Shown: piece by piece, positions 18,195 to 27,292 of the stretch
Layout: each line of letters starts with the position of its first letter
Position numbering within the stretch: position 1 is the first letter of the stretch
Virus record (IMG/VR): IMGVR_UViG_3300005298_000040
Coordinates: 1 to 47,159 of that record
Length of the DNA: 47,159 nucleotides
From: a virus
Direction: 5' to 3' (one strand)
Position numbers and translations under genes: made by a program
Notes under the pieces: generated by a model
Database searches by the model: none
Told to the model about the DNA's origin: nothing
What the model saw: the letters and a program-made list of their open reading frames with translations, nothing else

Positions 18195-19427
18195 TCAACA
18201 ATCGTATCCATACTCTTTAAGCTTTTCTCTCCTCTCATTAAAATACTGAATGAACTCATAAGCTCTATGATATGTTTCAACTATATTGACTCCCTCGACT
18301 GCATCCACAGCATCCCTAATAGCATCATCTGCACTATCGCCAAGCCCTATTGCAGTAACTACAACATTATCCTCAACTGGCACCCACCAAATCCTGTCCT
18401 TCGCTTTAATTGCTCTTCTAACAGCTATCTTATCAAAGTTTTCTGCTTTTATTTCTTTCCATTTGATTTCATCAGTATAAACTGGCAATTGAACACTATA
18501 TCTGCATCTGAGCCTTATGTCCACATCATCACCCATTGCAACTCCAGTAACCACATCTGCATAATTATCAATCATCCTCGGATATGCATAGCTACAAACA
18601 TAAGGATATCTCGGTGTCGGGTCTGTAACATATACTTTATTTCCATCCCAGAATCCCTCAAATGCAATCATTCCTCTATATCCATTCTCTCTAAGCCAAT
18701 CTTCAATTTTCATAAGCACATCAAACCACGGACTTTCCCCTATTTTGTTAGCAACAGTATAATTTCCGCACCACTTCATTTCAACAGTATCGAAAACTAT
18801 GTCCAAAAACTCCTCTCCATTAAAAAATACATCTACTCCAATTTCCACAAATCTATCATGCTCCAATGGCTCTTCAAGTATAAATGTCATTGCATCTCCA
18901 AACATATACATCCCACTCATCATCAGCTTAATTTCTGCTTCATCTGGGCTATCTGTAGCAAACGTTTCGCAACTTCCTCTGAATCTATTTATCTTCACAT
19001 ACCTCTTTCCCAATCTCTTTATTCCATCAACAACTCCTGAAATTCCTTTTACAACCTCATATGCAGGTGTATCTATTCCCAATCTCTCCATCACTTTCTT
19101 GAAATATACTCTATCAAACTCAATTTTCTCAGTAAGCTCATCGCTACCAAACACATAATATCCATTCTCCCTTAACCAATCTGCCAGTGCTCCGAATCCA
19201 CTATCAGTAAACACTATATAATCACAGCCTTCTTCAAGTGCTTCACCAAAATCCCACACCTTCTTTATGTTTTCAAATCCGTATCCATCAATTTCACTCT
19301 CCAAGTCTGGAAATGCTCTTGCATGCACTACCGAATAATATGTCTCATACTTTTTTGCTATTCCAAATGCATGGTCTAACCCAATATTTGTGCTTATTAC
19401 CAACACCTCATCACTCATTCCCACCAC
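18195..19427 (-). CDS. ATP-grasp ligase, PurD-like architecture
   Basis: LADWLRENGYYVFGS...EFDRVYFKKVMERLGIDTP, YVKIN, ILEEP, TDPTPR. PurD substrate motifs (GSGGREHA, TGGMG) are absent. Confidence 0.8.
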   Translation of the reverse strand: MVGMSDEVLVISTNIGLDHAFGIAKKYETYYSVVHARAFPDLESEIDGYGFENIKKVWDFGEALEEGCDYIVFTDSGFGALADWLRENGYYVFGSDELTEKIEFDRVYFKKVMERLGIDTPAYEVVKGISGVVDGIKRLGKRYVKINRFRGSCETFATDSPDEAEIKLMMSGMYMFGDAMTFILEEPLEHDRFVEIGVDVFFNGEEFLDIVFDTVEMKWCGNYTVANKIGESPWFDVLMKIEDWLRENGYRGMIAFEGFWDGNKVYVTDPTPRYPYVCSYAYPRMIDNYADVVTGVAMGDDVDIRLRCRYSVQLPVYTDEIKWKEIKAENFDKIAVRRAIKAKDRIWWVPVEDNVVVTAIGLGDSADDAIRDAVDAVEGVNIVETYHRAYEFIQYFNERREKLKEYGYDC

Positions 19428-20011
19428 CTCAAATCTTTCTCATACGCTCTTATAATTATACACCTACAACCCGGATGCACGTTATATCTGTCATACCCTC
19501 CATTATATTGCTTCAGTATTTGCCTCAACTCGTCTATCGTTACTCCTCCGGCTGTCAAATTTTCTACCTCTTTACACTTCTTACAAACATTACTATCTCC
19601 CTCACTTTTCCATTTGAATTTTCTGACTCTCGTTTTTTCTAAATATGCAATTTCTCTTGCCTTATTTGCAATATTTGCAAGTTCTGTCATTCCTATCAGC
19701 TCAGCCTTACTCCTGTCCAATCCTGCCTCCCTAACAAGTCTTCCTACAACATGCTCTTTGTTTATCCACCTCTGTTGCAACACAGTCTCCAGCAGTATCT
19801 CATTAACTCTTTTCGACTGCTCATCAGTCAAGCCACTATATTTCTTCCAAAAACTCATGTCTATCAGGGCTTTTATCCTCTCTTTTCCATAATTCTTTAT
19901 TGCTTTGTGCAATCCCCACTTTAATATTTCTAAATCATCGTTGTCAGCAATTATTGTAAACCACTCATACGGAATTTTCTTCAACTCAAAAATTTTCTCT
20001 TTCATACTCAC
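19415..20011 (-). CDS. Minor head protein (Mu gpF / SPP1 gp7-like)
   Basis: Follows portal; AELIGMTELA, VCKKC, C-terminal HPGCRCII. Confidence 0.82.
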   Translation of the reverse strand: MSMKEKIFELKKIPYEWFTIIADNDDLEILKWGLHKAIKNYGKERIKALIDMSFWKKYSGLTDEQSKRVNEILLETVLQQRWINKEHVVGRLVREAGLDRSKAELIGMTELANIANKAREIAYLEKTRVRKFKWKSEGDSNVCKKCKEVENLTAGGVTIDELRQILKQYNGGYDRYNVHPGCRCIIIRAYEKDLRWWE

Positions 20012-21786
20012 CTCCTCGGCATTTCTGGCTCTCCTTCAAATCTTTGCATTCTTCTGCTCGGCCTCGACCTGCTCGGCTCTCCCTCTAACTTTTGTTCAGG
20101 CTCCGGTATCAATTTGCCTCCCTCGCCTACCACTCCTACAACCTCATCCATTCCTTCTGCATGCTCCTCACTACTTTCCAATTCTCCAACTCTTTCAGTA
20201 TTGTCTCCTTCGGTCTTCTTTTCCAATAATGATATAAATTCTTTCAACAGTGTATCTGGCTCAATAGTTAGACCATATTTATCTGCAATCTCTTTCAAAA
20301 ACTTCTTCAGCTTTTCTTCTGGCTCTAACTCTGCATACTTGAAATCAATTCCATCCTCTCCTTCAACCATTATTGGCTCATAACCAAGTCCTTTCATTCC
20401 GCTTGCAATCTGTATCCTCATTAATATTCTCTGCAACTGTGATGCCAAATCCTTTTCCTCATGTGGCTTAAGCTGTATAACCCAATCATTTATTCCAAGC
20501 TGTCTACACAACCAAGGCAGCACCTTATTATTGTATATATTCTGCTCAACTTCAATTGCTCTATTTGTTACCGTTATTTGCAAGCCCTCATTTGCCAATC
20601 CTGTTCCTGTGCTAACGTCAGCATGAAACAGTGGCATTACTCCCCAAACTGCACCTATACTTCTTCTCAACTCATTTCTATACTCTATGAAATTAATATC
20701 ATCGCTCTTAAATGTAAAATCTATCCACTCAACAACTCTTTTGCTTGAATCAGTCCCTTCAACTATCAGCGGATATATTGCATGCGGATTTATCCTCGCT
20801 TTCTCCATTAACCACTCCCATGCTTTTGCAACTGAATTCATGTTCCCTCTAACAACCAAAAGCCCTTTTGGCGGCCTCTGCAAATGATAGCTCATCATTA
20901 TAAACCAATCCTGCTTCATCAATATCATCGCCTTCATCCATACAGTTATTACAGGTGGAAATCCGTATCCTATTCCCTGTGTAAACTTCTTGAAATGCAA
21001 CACCTCGCCATTTGTATAGTATAACGTCCTCCCTCCTTTGAACATCTTGAAATATGCTGGATACATTATCTTTCCGCACTTAGGACATCTAACTCCTCTT
21101 TCAACTTCTTCTTGAGTATATTCATAATGCACATCCCTATGCTCCAAACAAAATACTACTACCCTGCCATCATCTGTTACTCCCATTCTGCCATCCCTGC
21201 TCATTACAAAATACAACGTTAACGGGCTTCCTCTAATAACTTCAATCGGCTCAGCACCAATAACTCTTCCGTCCTCATCAAAATAATATTTCTTAGTTAC
21301 AACAAGAAATGCATTATCAACGATATTCAAATCATAATCACATGACATCAACACATCAATTAAACTCTCATCATTCAAATTCGCATCCTTGACAAATTTT
21401 TCAAGTTTCAATTTCTCTCTATTGTCAGGTCTTCTGAAGCTCTTTGAGCCACAAACTTCACACTCTTTTACCTCCTCATTCTCATACTCTGCACCGCATG
21501 CATTACATTTAACTGCAAATTTTCTTTTTATGATTATTCCGTTCCTAAACGTTTCCCAAACTATTGACCTGACAATCGTTCTTATTACATCACTGTAGAA
21601 AAACATGTCATAAGCAAACCTGAAATGCAACGGCAGCATCGGCACTTTTGCCACATCATGCACTCCTACCTGCACGAAACTGTCTACTGGCCTCGTTAAT
21701 AGTGGACTAACACCACTTCTATCCTCAGATTTCTTTGCCAATCCTATAGTATTACGTATCGCATCTACAAACTTCATTGTTATCAC
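20008..21786 (-). CDS. Portal protein with Zn-ribbon insertions
   Basis: VLHFKKF...YGFPP, PPKGLLVV, IGAVWGVMP, VEQNIYNNKVLPWL portal-like segments; position before MuF and protease. Confidence 0.85.
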   Translation of the reverse strand: MITMKFVDAIRNTIGLAKKSEDRSGVSPLLTRPVDSFVQVGVHDVAKVPMLPLHFRFAYDMFFYSDVIRTIVRSIVWETFRNGIIIKRKFAVKCNACGAEYENEEVKECEVCGSKSFRRPDNREKLKLEKFVKDANLNDESLIDVLMSCDYDLNIVDNAFLVVTKKYYFDEDGRVIGAEPIEVIRGSPLTLYFVMSRDGRMGVTDDGRVVVFCLEHRDVHYEYTQEEVERGVRCPKCGKIMYPAYFKMFKGGRTLYYTNGEVLHFKKFTQGIGYGFPPVITVWMKAMILMKQDWFIMMSYHLQRPPKGLLVVRGNMNSVAKAWEWLMEKARINPHAIYPLIVEGTDSSKRVVEWIDFTFKSDDINFIEYRNELRRSIGAVWGVMPLFHADVSTGTGLANEGLQITVTNRAIEVEQNIYNNKVLPWLCRQLGINDWVIQLKPHEEKDLASQLQRILMRIQIASGMKGLGYEPIMVEGEDGIDFKYAELEPEEKLKKFLKEIADKYGLTIEPDTLLKEFISLLEKKTEGDNTERVGELESSEEHAEGMDEVVGVVGEGGKLIPEPEQKLEGEPSRSRPSRRMQRFEGEPEMPRR

Positions 21787-21796
21787 CTACACACAC

Positions 21797-22129
21797 TTAA
21801 CTATATGCTTTATTGTTACTGCATTTTTCATTTTCGTCTGGCATCATACTTAGAAATGCAACTATATTCCTCATATCATTCAAGCACTCAATTGCTATGC
21901 TACTCAAAATGCTTCCAATAAGTGCACTTGCCTCAATATCAAGCAAACACTCTGCAATTAACTCGTATTCTTCTTCATCATCATTCAGTTTTTTCACCTT
22001 TAGAACCTCAAATTTCACTCCTCCATAGCTAAATTTTTTGTTTTTTATGCTCGGACTAATCTTTACTAATCTCAATAAAACGTCTCCTGCTTCTGTTACA
22101 TAAATAATTTCGTCTCCCAAACTTATCAC
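21797..22129 (-). CDS. Hypothetical protein
   Basis: 110-aa ORF in an operon chain, with RBS. Confidence 0.65.
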   Translation of the reverse strand: MISLGDEIIYVTEAGDVLLRLVKISPSIKNKKFSYGGVKFEVLKVKKLNDDEEEYELIAECLLDIEASALIGSILSSIAIECLNDMRNIVAFLSMMPDENEKCSNNKAYS

Positions 22130-22929
22130 CTCTTCTCAATCAAATCAATCATATATATCCACGTCACTGGTCTATCATCATCAGCTCCAAAGAATATAAA
22201 CTTATTCACCGGCTGCAACCCAAGCCTCTCTGAATATGAGTCCCCGCTAAGCATCGTTCCATTGCACATAAGCATTATATCATTATGCTGCAACATCAAA
22301 ACAGTATGAAAATGCCCTATACACATTACATCAAAATCCTCAAATATGCCACCGCTCTTCCACCTCATCGCCTTGTGTATCATTCCATAAACAGGTATAT
22401 TGCTATATGCCCTTATAGCATCTCCATGCGTCAATAAATATGCCCAATCCTTTACATATGCCATGCAATACCAGTCATTTTTTGCTTTATGCATGTTCAC
22501 CTCAACATTATTTGTATCTGCAAATCTATCCTCAAGCCTCTTATATACAATCTTGTCCCAATTGCTCCTCTCACTACCTGCAGTTCTTCCATGATTGCCT
22601 CGAACACACCAAACTTTTATCTGTCTAAAATTCCGCTCAAGAGATTTTATAAAATTATACAGACTACTGACAGCAATATCCACTGATTCATCTACATCCT
22701 TCTCAACATTATATCCATGTCCTCTGTATATTTCCTCGCCGTCGACAATATCCCCAAGCATAAAAATATTTAGTTCCCTCAGCTTGTGGCTTCTGTTTAC
22801 TATTCTCTTCACTTTCAGTAAATTATGTCTGCATACTTCTATTCTCCTCAGATACTCATTTGTATCATAACTGTTTGTCTTTCTTCCAATATGCAAATCA
22901 CTCATCAATAATATACAACTCTCAGTCAT
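22126..22929 (-). CDS. Calcineurin-like metallophosphoesterase
   Basis: SDLHIG, LGDIVDG, RGNHG, THGD, GHFH. Confidence 0.92.
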   Translation of the reverse strand: MTESCILLMSDLHIGRKTNSYDTNEYLRRIEVCRHNLLKVKRIVNRSHKLRELNIFMLGDIVDGEEIYRGHGYNVEKDVDESVDIAVSSLYNFIKSLERNFRQIKVWCVRGNHGRTAGSERSNWDKIVYKRLEDRFADTNNVEVNMHKAKNDWYCMAYVKDWAYLLTHGDAIRAYSNIPVYGMIHKAMRWKSGGIFEDFDVMCIGHFHTVLMLQHNDIMLMCNGTMLSGDSYSERLGLQPVNKFIFFGADDDRPVTWIYMIDLIEKR

Positions 22930-23210
22930 GCAAACCTAATTATTAAATTTGCCACTATCGCAAACAACAACATCAACGCCGTGCCAAGAATCTTAAAGTA
23001 TGTATTATGCCTCTCTATGACTATTTTAATACAATCAAGCTCATTATTCATCTCACTAATAATCTCACATAAAGAAGTTATTTTTTGTGCCATATCATCT
23101 ATTTTCTGCTCAAGTTTACTCGTTTGCACTATCAATTTCTTTATGTCATCATGATTCGCCTCAAGCATTTTAACTCTCTCATCCAGCCTCGCAATACTAT
23201 CATCGACCAA
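22926..23210 (-). CDS. Coiled-coil protein with C-terminal TM helix (XhlA/holin-like)
   Basis: IARLDERVKMLE coiled coil, then ILGTALMLLFAIVANLII. Confidence 0.6.
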   Translation of the reverse strand: MVDDSIARLDERVKMLEANHDDIKKLIVQTSKLEQKIDDMAQKITSLCEIISEMNNELDCIKIVIERHNTYFKILGTALMLLFAIVANLIIRFA

Positions 23211-25662
23211 ATCGTGTCACCCCCTCTGACTTCATCTTAGCAAACCATACCACTCTATCAATAATATTCTTAACTTCATTGCATGCTCCAGCCTTCTTTT
23301 CTTTCTTCTTTACTTTATATCGTCCACTTTCTACTGCCTCACGTATTTTATCCGCCTTTCTTATTTCCTCCCCGATTTGCCTCAGCTCATTTATTTCATC
23401 ATCACTTAACACATCTTTCAATTCGATTAATTCTCCTCTCTTTGCACTCTCTATGAACTTATTATAGTCTCTCGATGCTATGTCAATTAAGTTGCAAAAT
23501 GCTTTTGCTACTAAAGCCTCTCTTCTTCCATTAATGAACATTCCATCAAGTATTCTGAACTCAACTCTTCCTTGGTCTATAATTCTGCTAACATTTACTG
23601 CCCTATACTTCTCGTATAAATAATCATCGTCCACTGCATCCCAATTAAGCTCATCCAGCATCATTGCATAATAACTATCTTCTCTCGATTTCGATATTGC
23701 TCCAATGTCAAACAAATCTCTTATTACACTCTCACCATGCAGCATTAATGCTTTTCTGAAATTAGTTTTTTCATCATCTGTCTTTAAGACTCGAACAATA
23801 TCTCTAACGTCAACACTAATATGTGCACCAGTCTCATGAGTATTAATCATGTCCCCGTCTCTCTTACACATCTCAAGAAACTCTTGAAACCACTTATATC
23901 CCTTCTTGCCTCTCATAAAACATAAAACCAACTCACCGGAAGTTAAATTTGTCAAACTCCCATCACACACAAACTTATTGCTCTCAATTATCTTATAAAT
24001 TCTGTCTTCGCCATATTTTTCAATAAGTTTTTCCCAATCTATAATATTATACTCCAGCTCAAAACTAAAATATCTACCTTCCTCACTCCTTGCCTCTTCA
24101 AGTCCCTCACCTCTACGATTCATTGACCTAAAATTTATTAGTATCTCTTGTATTTTCATTAACTTATCATCATCAAGCAACATTTTCTCAAGTTCATCTC
24201 CTGATGTTGTCTGTTTAGCTTCTCTAATTTGATATATAATTCGATTTAATCTTGTTAACGAATTTCTATTGTGCAAAATTTTTTCATGCTCTCTACTGAT
24301 ATTTTTAATCTCTTTAATAATAGTATCTTTGCCAAATTGATTCTTTATTGCAAAACCGTATTTCTTCGCAAATTCTTTTAAATTATCCGCCTCTATGACA
24401 CTATCTTCAATTTCAAGCTCAATTGGGCTATTTGCATCTATAATAATATCTTCCTTCGGCACTTTTCTCGCCATCCAAGATATTTCCCCCATTATTCTAT
24501 ACAAATCTTCAAAGAACCAAATCACTTCATAAAAATCTGTCATCGAATATCTGACACTCTTATTGGCAAATTTCTTAAGATTTTCAATCAACTCATTAAC
24601 AGATTTATTAATTTCATCCGCAAAATCTTTATCATCCCTTGCTATAGCTTCAATTGCCGGCTCAAATATTCTTTTTAAATGCTTGCAAAATCTATCTTCA
24701 AACATAGTATTTGCCAATTCCTTCGTCACGCCATAATAAAATCTTTCACGCAATCTTTCGTCAATTCTGTATGAGTCAAAAACAATATCTATTGCCAACT
24801 TAATATCATCCAATAACGCTCTCACATACTCAAAGTTTGCATATGGTGTAATATTCTTGAGTCTAAACAAAGAATCTTCCAAAAGACTCTCAAACGCATG
24901 TCTTCTTGATAAATCCAGCCTTACATATACTTCTTTAAACGTTTCAGCATACTCTCTTGTATATCCACGCTCCTCCCATCTTCTTTCCAACCTTTCGAGT
25001 TCACGCCTCACCTCATCATCTTCTTCTTGTATTCTTTCCTGCATCCTTTCTTCTTCTCGTCTTCTTCTGTATTCTTCTGCTCTTTCTCTCAGTTCCTCAG
25101 CTCTTGCTCTCAATCTCTGCTCTCTATCTTCATCAGTATCACGACCCAGCTCTCTAACGTCAATGTATAGTCCACCTCTTGGACCTCTATACACTCTAAC
25201 TCCCTGTGGCAGTCTTCCTATATCCTCCTCTCTAATGTATCTTCTAAATCTTGCAGGAACTTGCTTCCTTATGCCTCTGAATATCTTTTTTACTACTGCC
25301 TCAACCTCTTCCTTGAGTATAAACCCCGTAGTCAGCCCATCATCACACAAAACTCTTCTACTCAGCTCAATCGGTATTTCTTTATCGTTTGCCACAACAT
25401 ACAAAACATACTCTTTTCCACCGCATATCACTTTCCTCAATTTCGTAATGTGTCTTATTCTGTCTTCATATTTTTTCTCAAACTCATCATCAGCCAATAT
25501 GTAAACTTCTTCGCTCCAATCTGGTTTCGTTCCACGTATTCTGTTCACGTAATTCAGTATGCCTTCAGTGTTTTTCACGTGCTCTATAAACTCGTCTAAT
25601 TTTGTAAAATAATACTGCTCAGTAAACAAATCCACAATCTCACACGGCGGATATATTCTCAT
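23200..25662 (-). CDS. Large multidomain protein with C-terminal amidoligase (COOH-NH2 ligase, glutamine-synthetase/GCS fold) domain
   Basis: Ordered motifs FSFELE, CDGSL, GELV, HETGAHISVD, KYRAVN, RVEFRILDG. N-terminal part has GPRGG and an Arg/Glu-rich coiled coil. Likely start ATG 25662 (track 25680). Confidence 0.75.
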   Translation of the reverse strand: MRIYPPCEIVDLFTEQYYFTKLDEFIEHVKNTEGILNYVNRIRGTKPDWSEEVYILADDEFEKKYEDRIRHITKLRKVICGGKEYVLYVVANDKEIPIELSRRVLCDDGLTTGFILKEEVEAVVKKIFRGIRKQVPARFRRYIREEDIGRLPQGVRVYRGPRGGLYIDVRELGRDTDEDREQRLRARAEELRERAEEYRRRREEERMQERIQEEDDEVRRELERLERRWEERGYTREYAETFKEVYVRLDLSRRHAFESLLEDSLFRLKNITPYANFEYVRALLDDIKLAIDIVFDSYRIDERLRERFYYGVTKELANTMFEDRFCKHLKRIFEPAIEAIARDDKDFADEINKSVNELIENLKKFANKSVRYSMTDFYEVIWFFEDLYRIMGEISWMARKVPKEDIIIDANSPIELEIEDSVIEADNLKEFAKKYGFAIKNQFGKDTIIKEIKNISREHEKILHNRNSLTRLNRIIYQIREAKQTTSGDELEKMLLDDDKLMKIQEILINFRSMNRRGEGLEEARSEEGRYFSFELEYNIIDWEKLIEKYGEDRIYKIIESNKFVCDGSLTNLTSGELVLCFMRGKKGYKWFQEFLEMCKRDGDMINTHETGAHISVDVRDIVRVLKTDDEKTNFRKALMLHGESVIRDLFDIGAISKSREDSYYAMMLDELNWDAVDDDYLYEKYRAVNVSRIIDQGRVEFRILDGMFINGRREALVAKAFCNLIDIASRDYNKFIESAKRGELIELKDVLSDDEINELRQIGEEIRKADKIREAVESGRYKVKKKEKKAGACNEVKNIIDRVVWFAKMKSEGVTRFGR

Positions 25663-25778
25663 ATTCTCCACCATACCCAATACACCATCACCATAATTCT
25701 ATAAATATCTACTACCGTCTCACAAAACATGTTCCACGCCATATACTGAATTCCAAACGGTATTGCAATCCCTATCAT
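25659..25778 (-). CDS. 39-aa hydrophobic peptide MIGIAIPFGIQYMAWNMFCETVVDIYRIMVMVYWVWWRI (not in ORF track)
   Basis: Translated by hand; ATGA overlaps with both neighbours fill the gap exactly. Confidence 0.65.
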   Translation of the reverse strand: MIGIAIPFGIQYMAWNMFCETVVDIYRIMVMVYWVWWRI

Positions 25779-26053
25779 CTTCTTATCACTCTAATTATTG
25801 TCTTCACAATATTCTCCGTTATTGCAATTATGCCAGCATATGCTACAAATTGCTCTTCAACCGCTTGCTCAGTAACTGGAACTCCAAATGCCTGCAACAA
25901 TATTCCAATTATTACACCCCAAATCAGTGTCGTTATGAACTTCGCAACATCAAAACTCTGCGGGCTGTTTGGATTCAGGTGCTTTTTGACATACATCGAT
26001 AAGCTATATACTACAGCACTCAATACTGCAATACCCAAACTACCCAATTCCAT
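25775..26053 (-). CDS. Holin-like membrane protein
   Basis: 92 aa, 2-3 hydrophobic segments, basic C-terminus; own TATA (TTTATATT) upstream. Confidence 0.65.
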   Translation of the reverse strand: MELGSLGIAVLSAVVYSLSMYVKKHLNPNSPQSFDVAKFITTLIWGVIIGILLQAFGVPVTEQAVEEQFVAYAGIIAITENIVKTIIRVIRR

Positions 26054-26082
26054 TCACATCACCTCAATTATTTTTTGATTTT

Positions 26083-26571
26083 CTAAATATAAAGATTACT
26101 CCTCAATTCATTGAGTACCGATTTAACGTATGTTTGCTTCACAAGCTTTCTGTTGCTAATCATATTAACCAAAACATCTTCTCTATTGCCATTAAGTAAT
26201 CCTTTTTTCATCAAGTCCTCCACAACTTTTTCTGTCTCAATTATCTCTACAGCAATCTCGAGCCATCTGCCACTCTTTCCTTTAACAAATTTCACTAACT
26301 TCATGAATCTTTCGTCATTTAAGAACCTCTCAATATCCTCGTTGCTGACTTCGACACTATCTATCTTAAAATAATCCTCTGCAAGTTCTTCTGAGTATGC
26401 ACCACGCAAGTATCTGTTAAACTCATACTCTATATTTGAAACGCCAAAAAATTGAGCTAAATAAACAAGCTTTTGAATCTTAAGCCTGCTGTCAAGTCTT
26501 TTAGTATTATATTCTATCCCATTGGCTTTTAGTGCTTCAAGAAATGCCTTTAACGTCTTTACTTTATCCAT
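26083..26571 (-). CDS. YwgA/SocA(Panacea)-like antitoxin-fold protein
   Basis: RLKIQKLVYLAQ and YEFNRYLRGAYSEEL match the K-x-QK-L-x-Y...F-x-x-Y-x-x-G-P-Y-S pattern. Confidence 0.6.
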   Translation of the reverse strand: MDKVKTLKAFLEALKANGIEYNTKRLDSRLKIQKLVYLAQFFGVSNIEYEFNRYLRGAYSEELAEDYFKIDSVEVSNEDIERFLNDERFMKLVKFVKGKSGRWLEIAVEIIETEKVVEDLMKKGLLNGNREDVLVNMISNRKLVKQTYVKSVLNELRSNLYI

Positions 26572-26575
26572 CTCA

Positions 26576-27292
26576 TCACCTTTCTCCGAATATTATAGGC
26601 AATCCGCCTCCATTCATGTAACACGTTCTACCTACAAACCTATCGCTAATAACATCGCTCTGCGGTTCATAGTTGTAAACTGTAAAATCCTGTCTTATTA
26701 TTTCAGTGCTTCCGGTTTTCTGGAACTCTATCGGCTCAGTTGTAACTATTCTGTTCCATCCATGCCCACCTAAAAGATATTCAAGTTTGCACAAACATGT
26801 TTTCTGTCCATATTGCTCAACAGGCATGAATACCAGTCCTGTGGTATATATAACAACTGGTTTTCCTGCTATATAATCTACAAATGCTTTAAAGAACGTT
26901 GCAAAGTTATCACAATCAGTGTATTCGCTGACGTATTTTATAGTGTCTTGTTGCAGTGCCGATATCAACCATTCCCAGTCATCTTTTCTCATTGCATATA
27001 TGCCATCACCAAATGAAAAACTCAAGCCACATCCAAACACTCTGTGCATGGTTTGCTCTATTATCTTATCTTTGTCAATCCATTTAGTCTCAAAAGTCCT
27101 CTGTTCCTTCAACTTATTTAGAGCATCTTTCAGAATCCTTGCCCTCCATACCGGGTCGTTGCTCAGCTCTTTAACTGCCTCAATGAACTGCTCTCTCGTG
27201 TACTGCTCAGCTGGTTCAGGTTCCTCTTGCTTTCTCCTGAACAGCTCAATCAGCTTTTTAATCAAAGACCACAAAGCCGATAACCACGTCAT
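26576..27292 (-). CDS. Papain/transglutaminase-like cysteine hydrolase (DCDxFA family), candidate endolysin or virion protease
   Basis: YTDCDNFA (Cys), GHGWN (His), YEPQ; amphipathic N-terminus. Confidence 0.7.
   Translation of the reverse strand: MTWLSALWSLIKKLIELFRRKQEEPEPAEQYTREQFIEAVKELSNDPVWRARILKDALNKLKEQRTFETKWIDKDKIIEQTMHRVFGCGLSFSFGDGIYAMRKDDWEWLISALQQDTIKYVSEYTDCDNFATFFKAFVDYIAGKPVVIYTTGLVFMPVEQYGQKTCLCKLEYLLGGHGWNRIVTTEPIEFQKTGSTEIIRQDFTVYNYEPQSDVISDRFVGRTCYMNGGGLPIIFGER

Noticed and set aside
18195-19427. Annotation as a bona fide purD auxiliary metabolic gene
   Set aside because: PurD substrate-binding motifs are absent, there are no other pur genes, and it sits in the head operon.
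20849-21079. 76-aa minus-strand ORF
   Set aside because: Nested out of frame within the portal gene.
24857-25504. 215-aa Ser/Leu-rich + strand ORF and the other + strand ORFs in the track
   Set aside because: Mirror images of Glu/Arg/Lys-rich minus-strand genes. The minus strand is purine-rich, so stops are scarce on the + strand; no family motifs.
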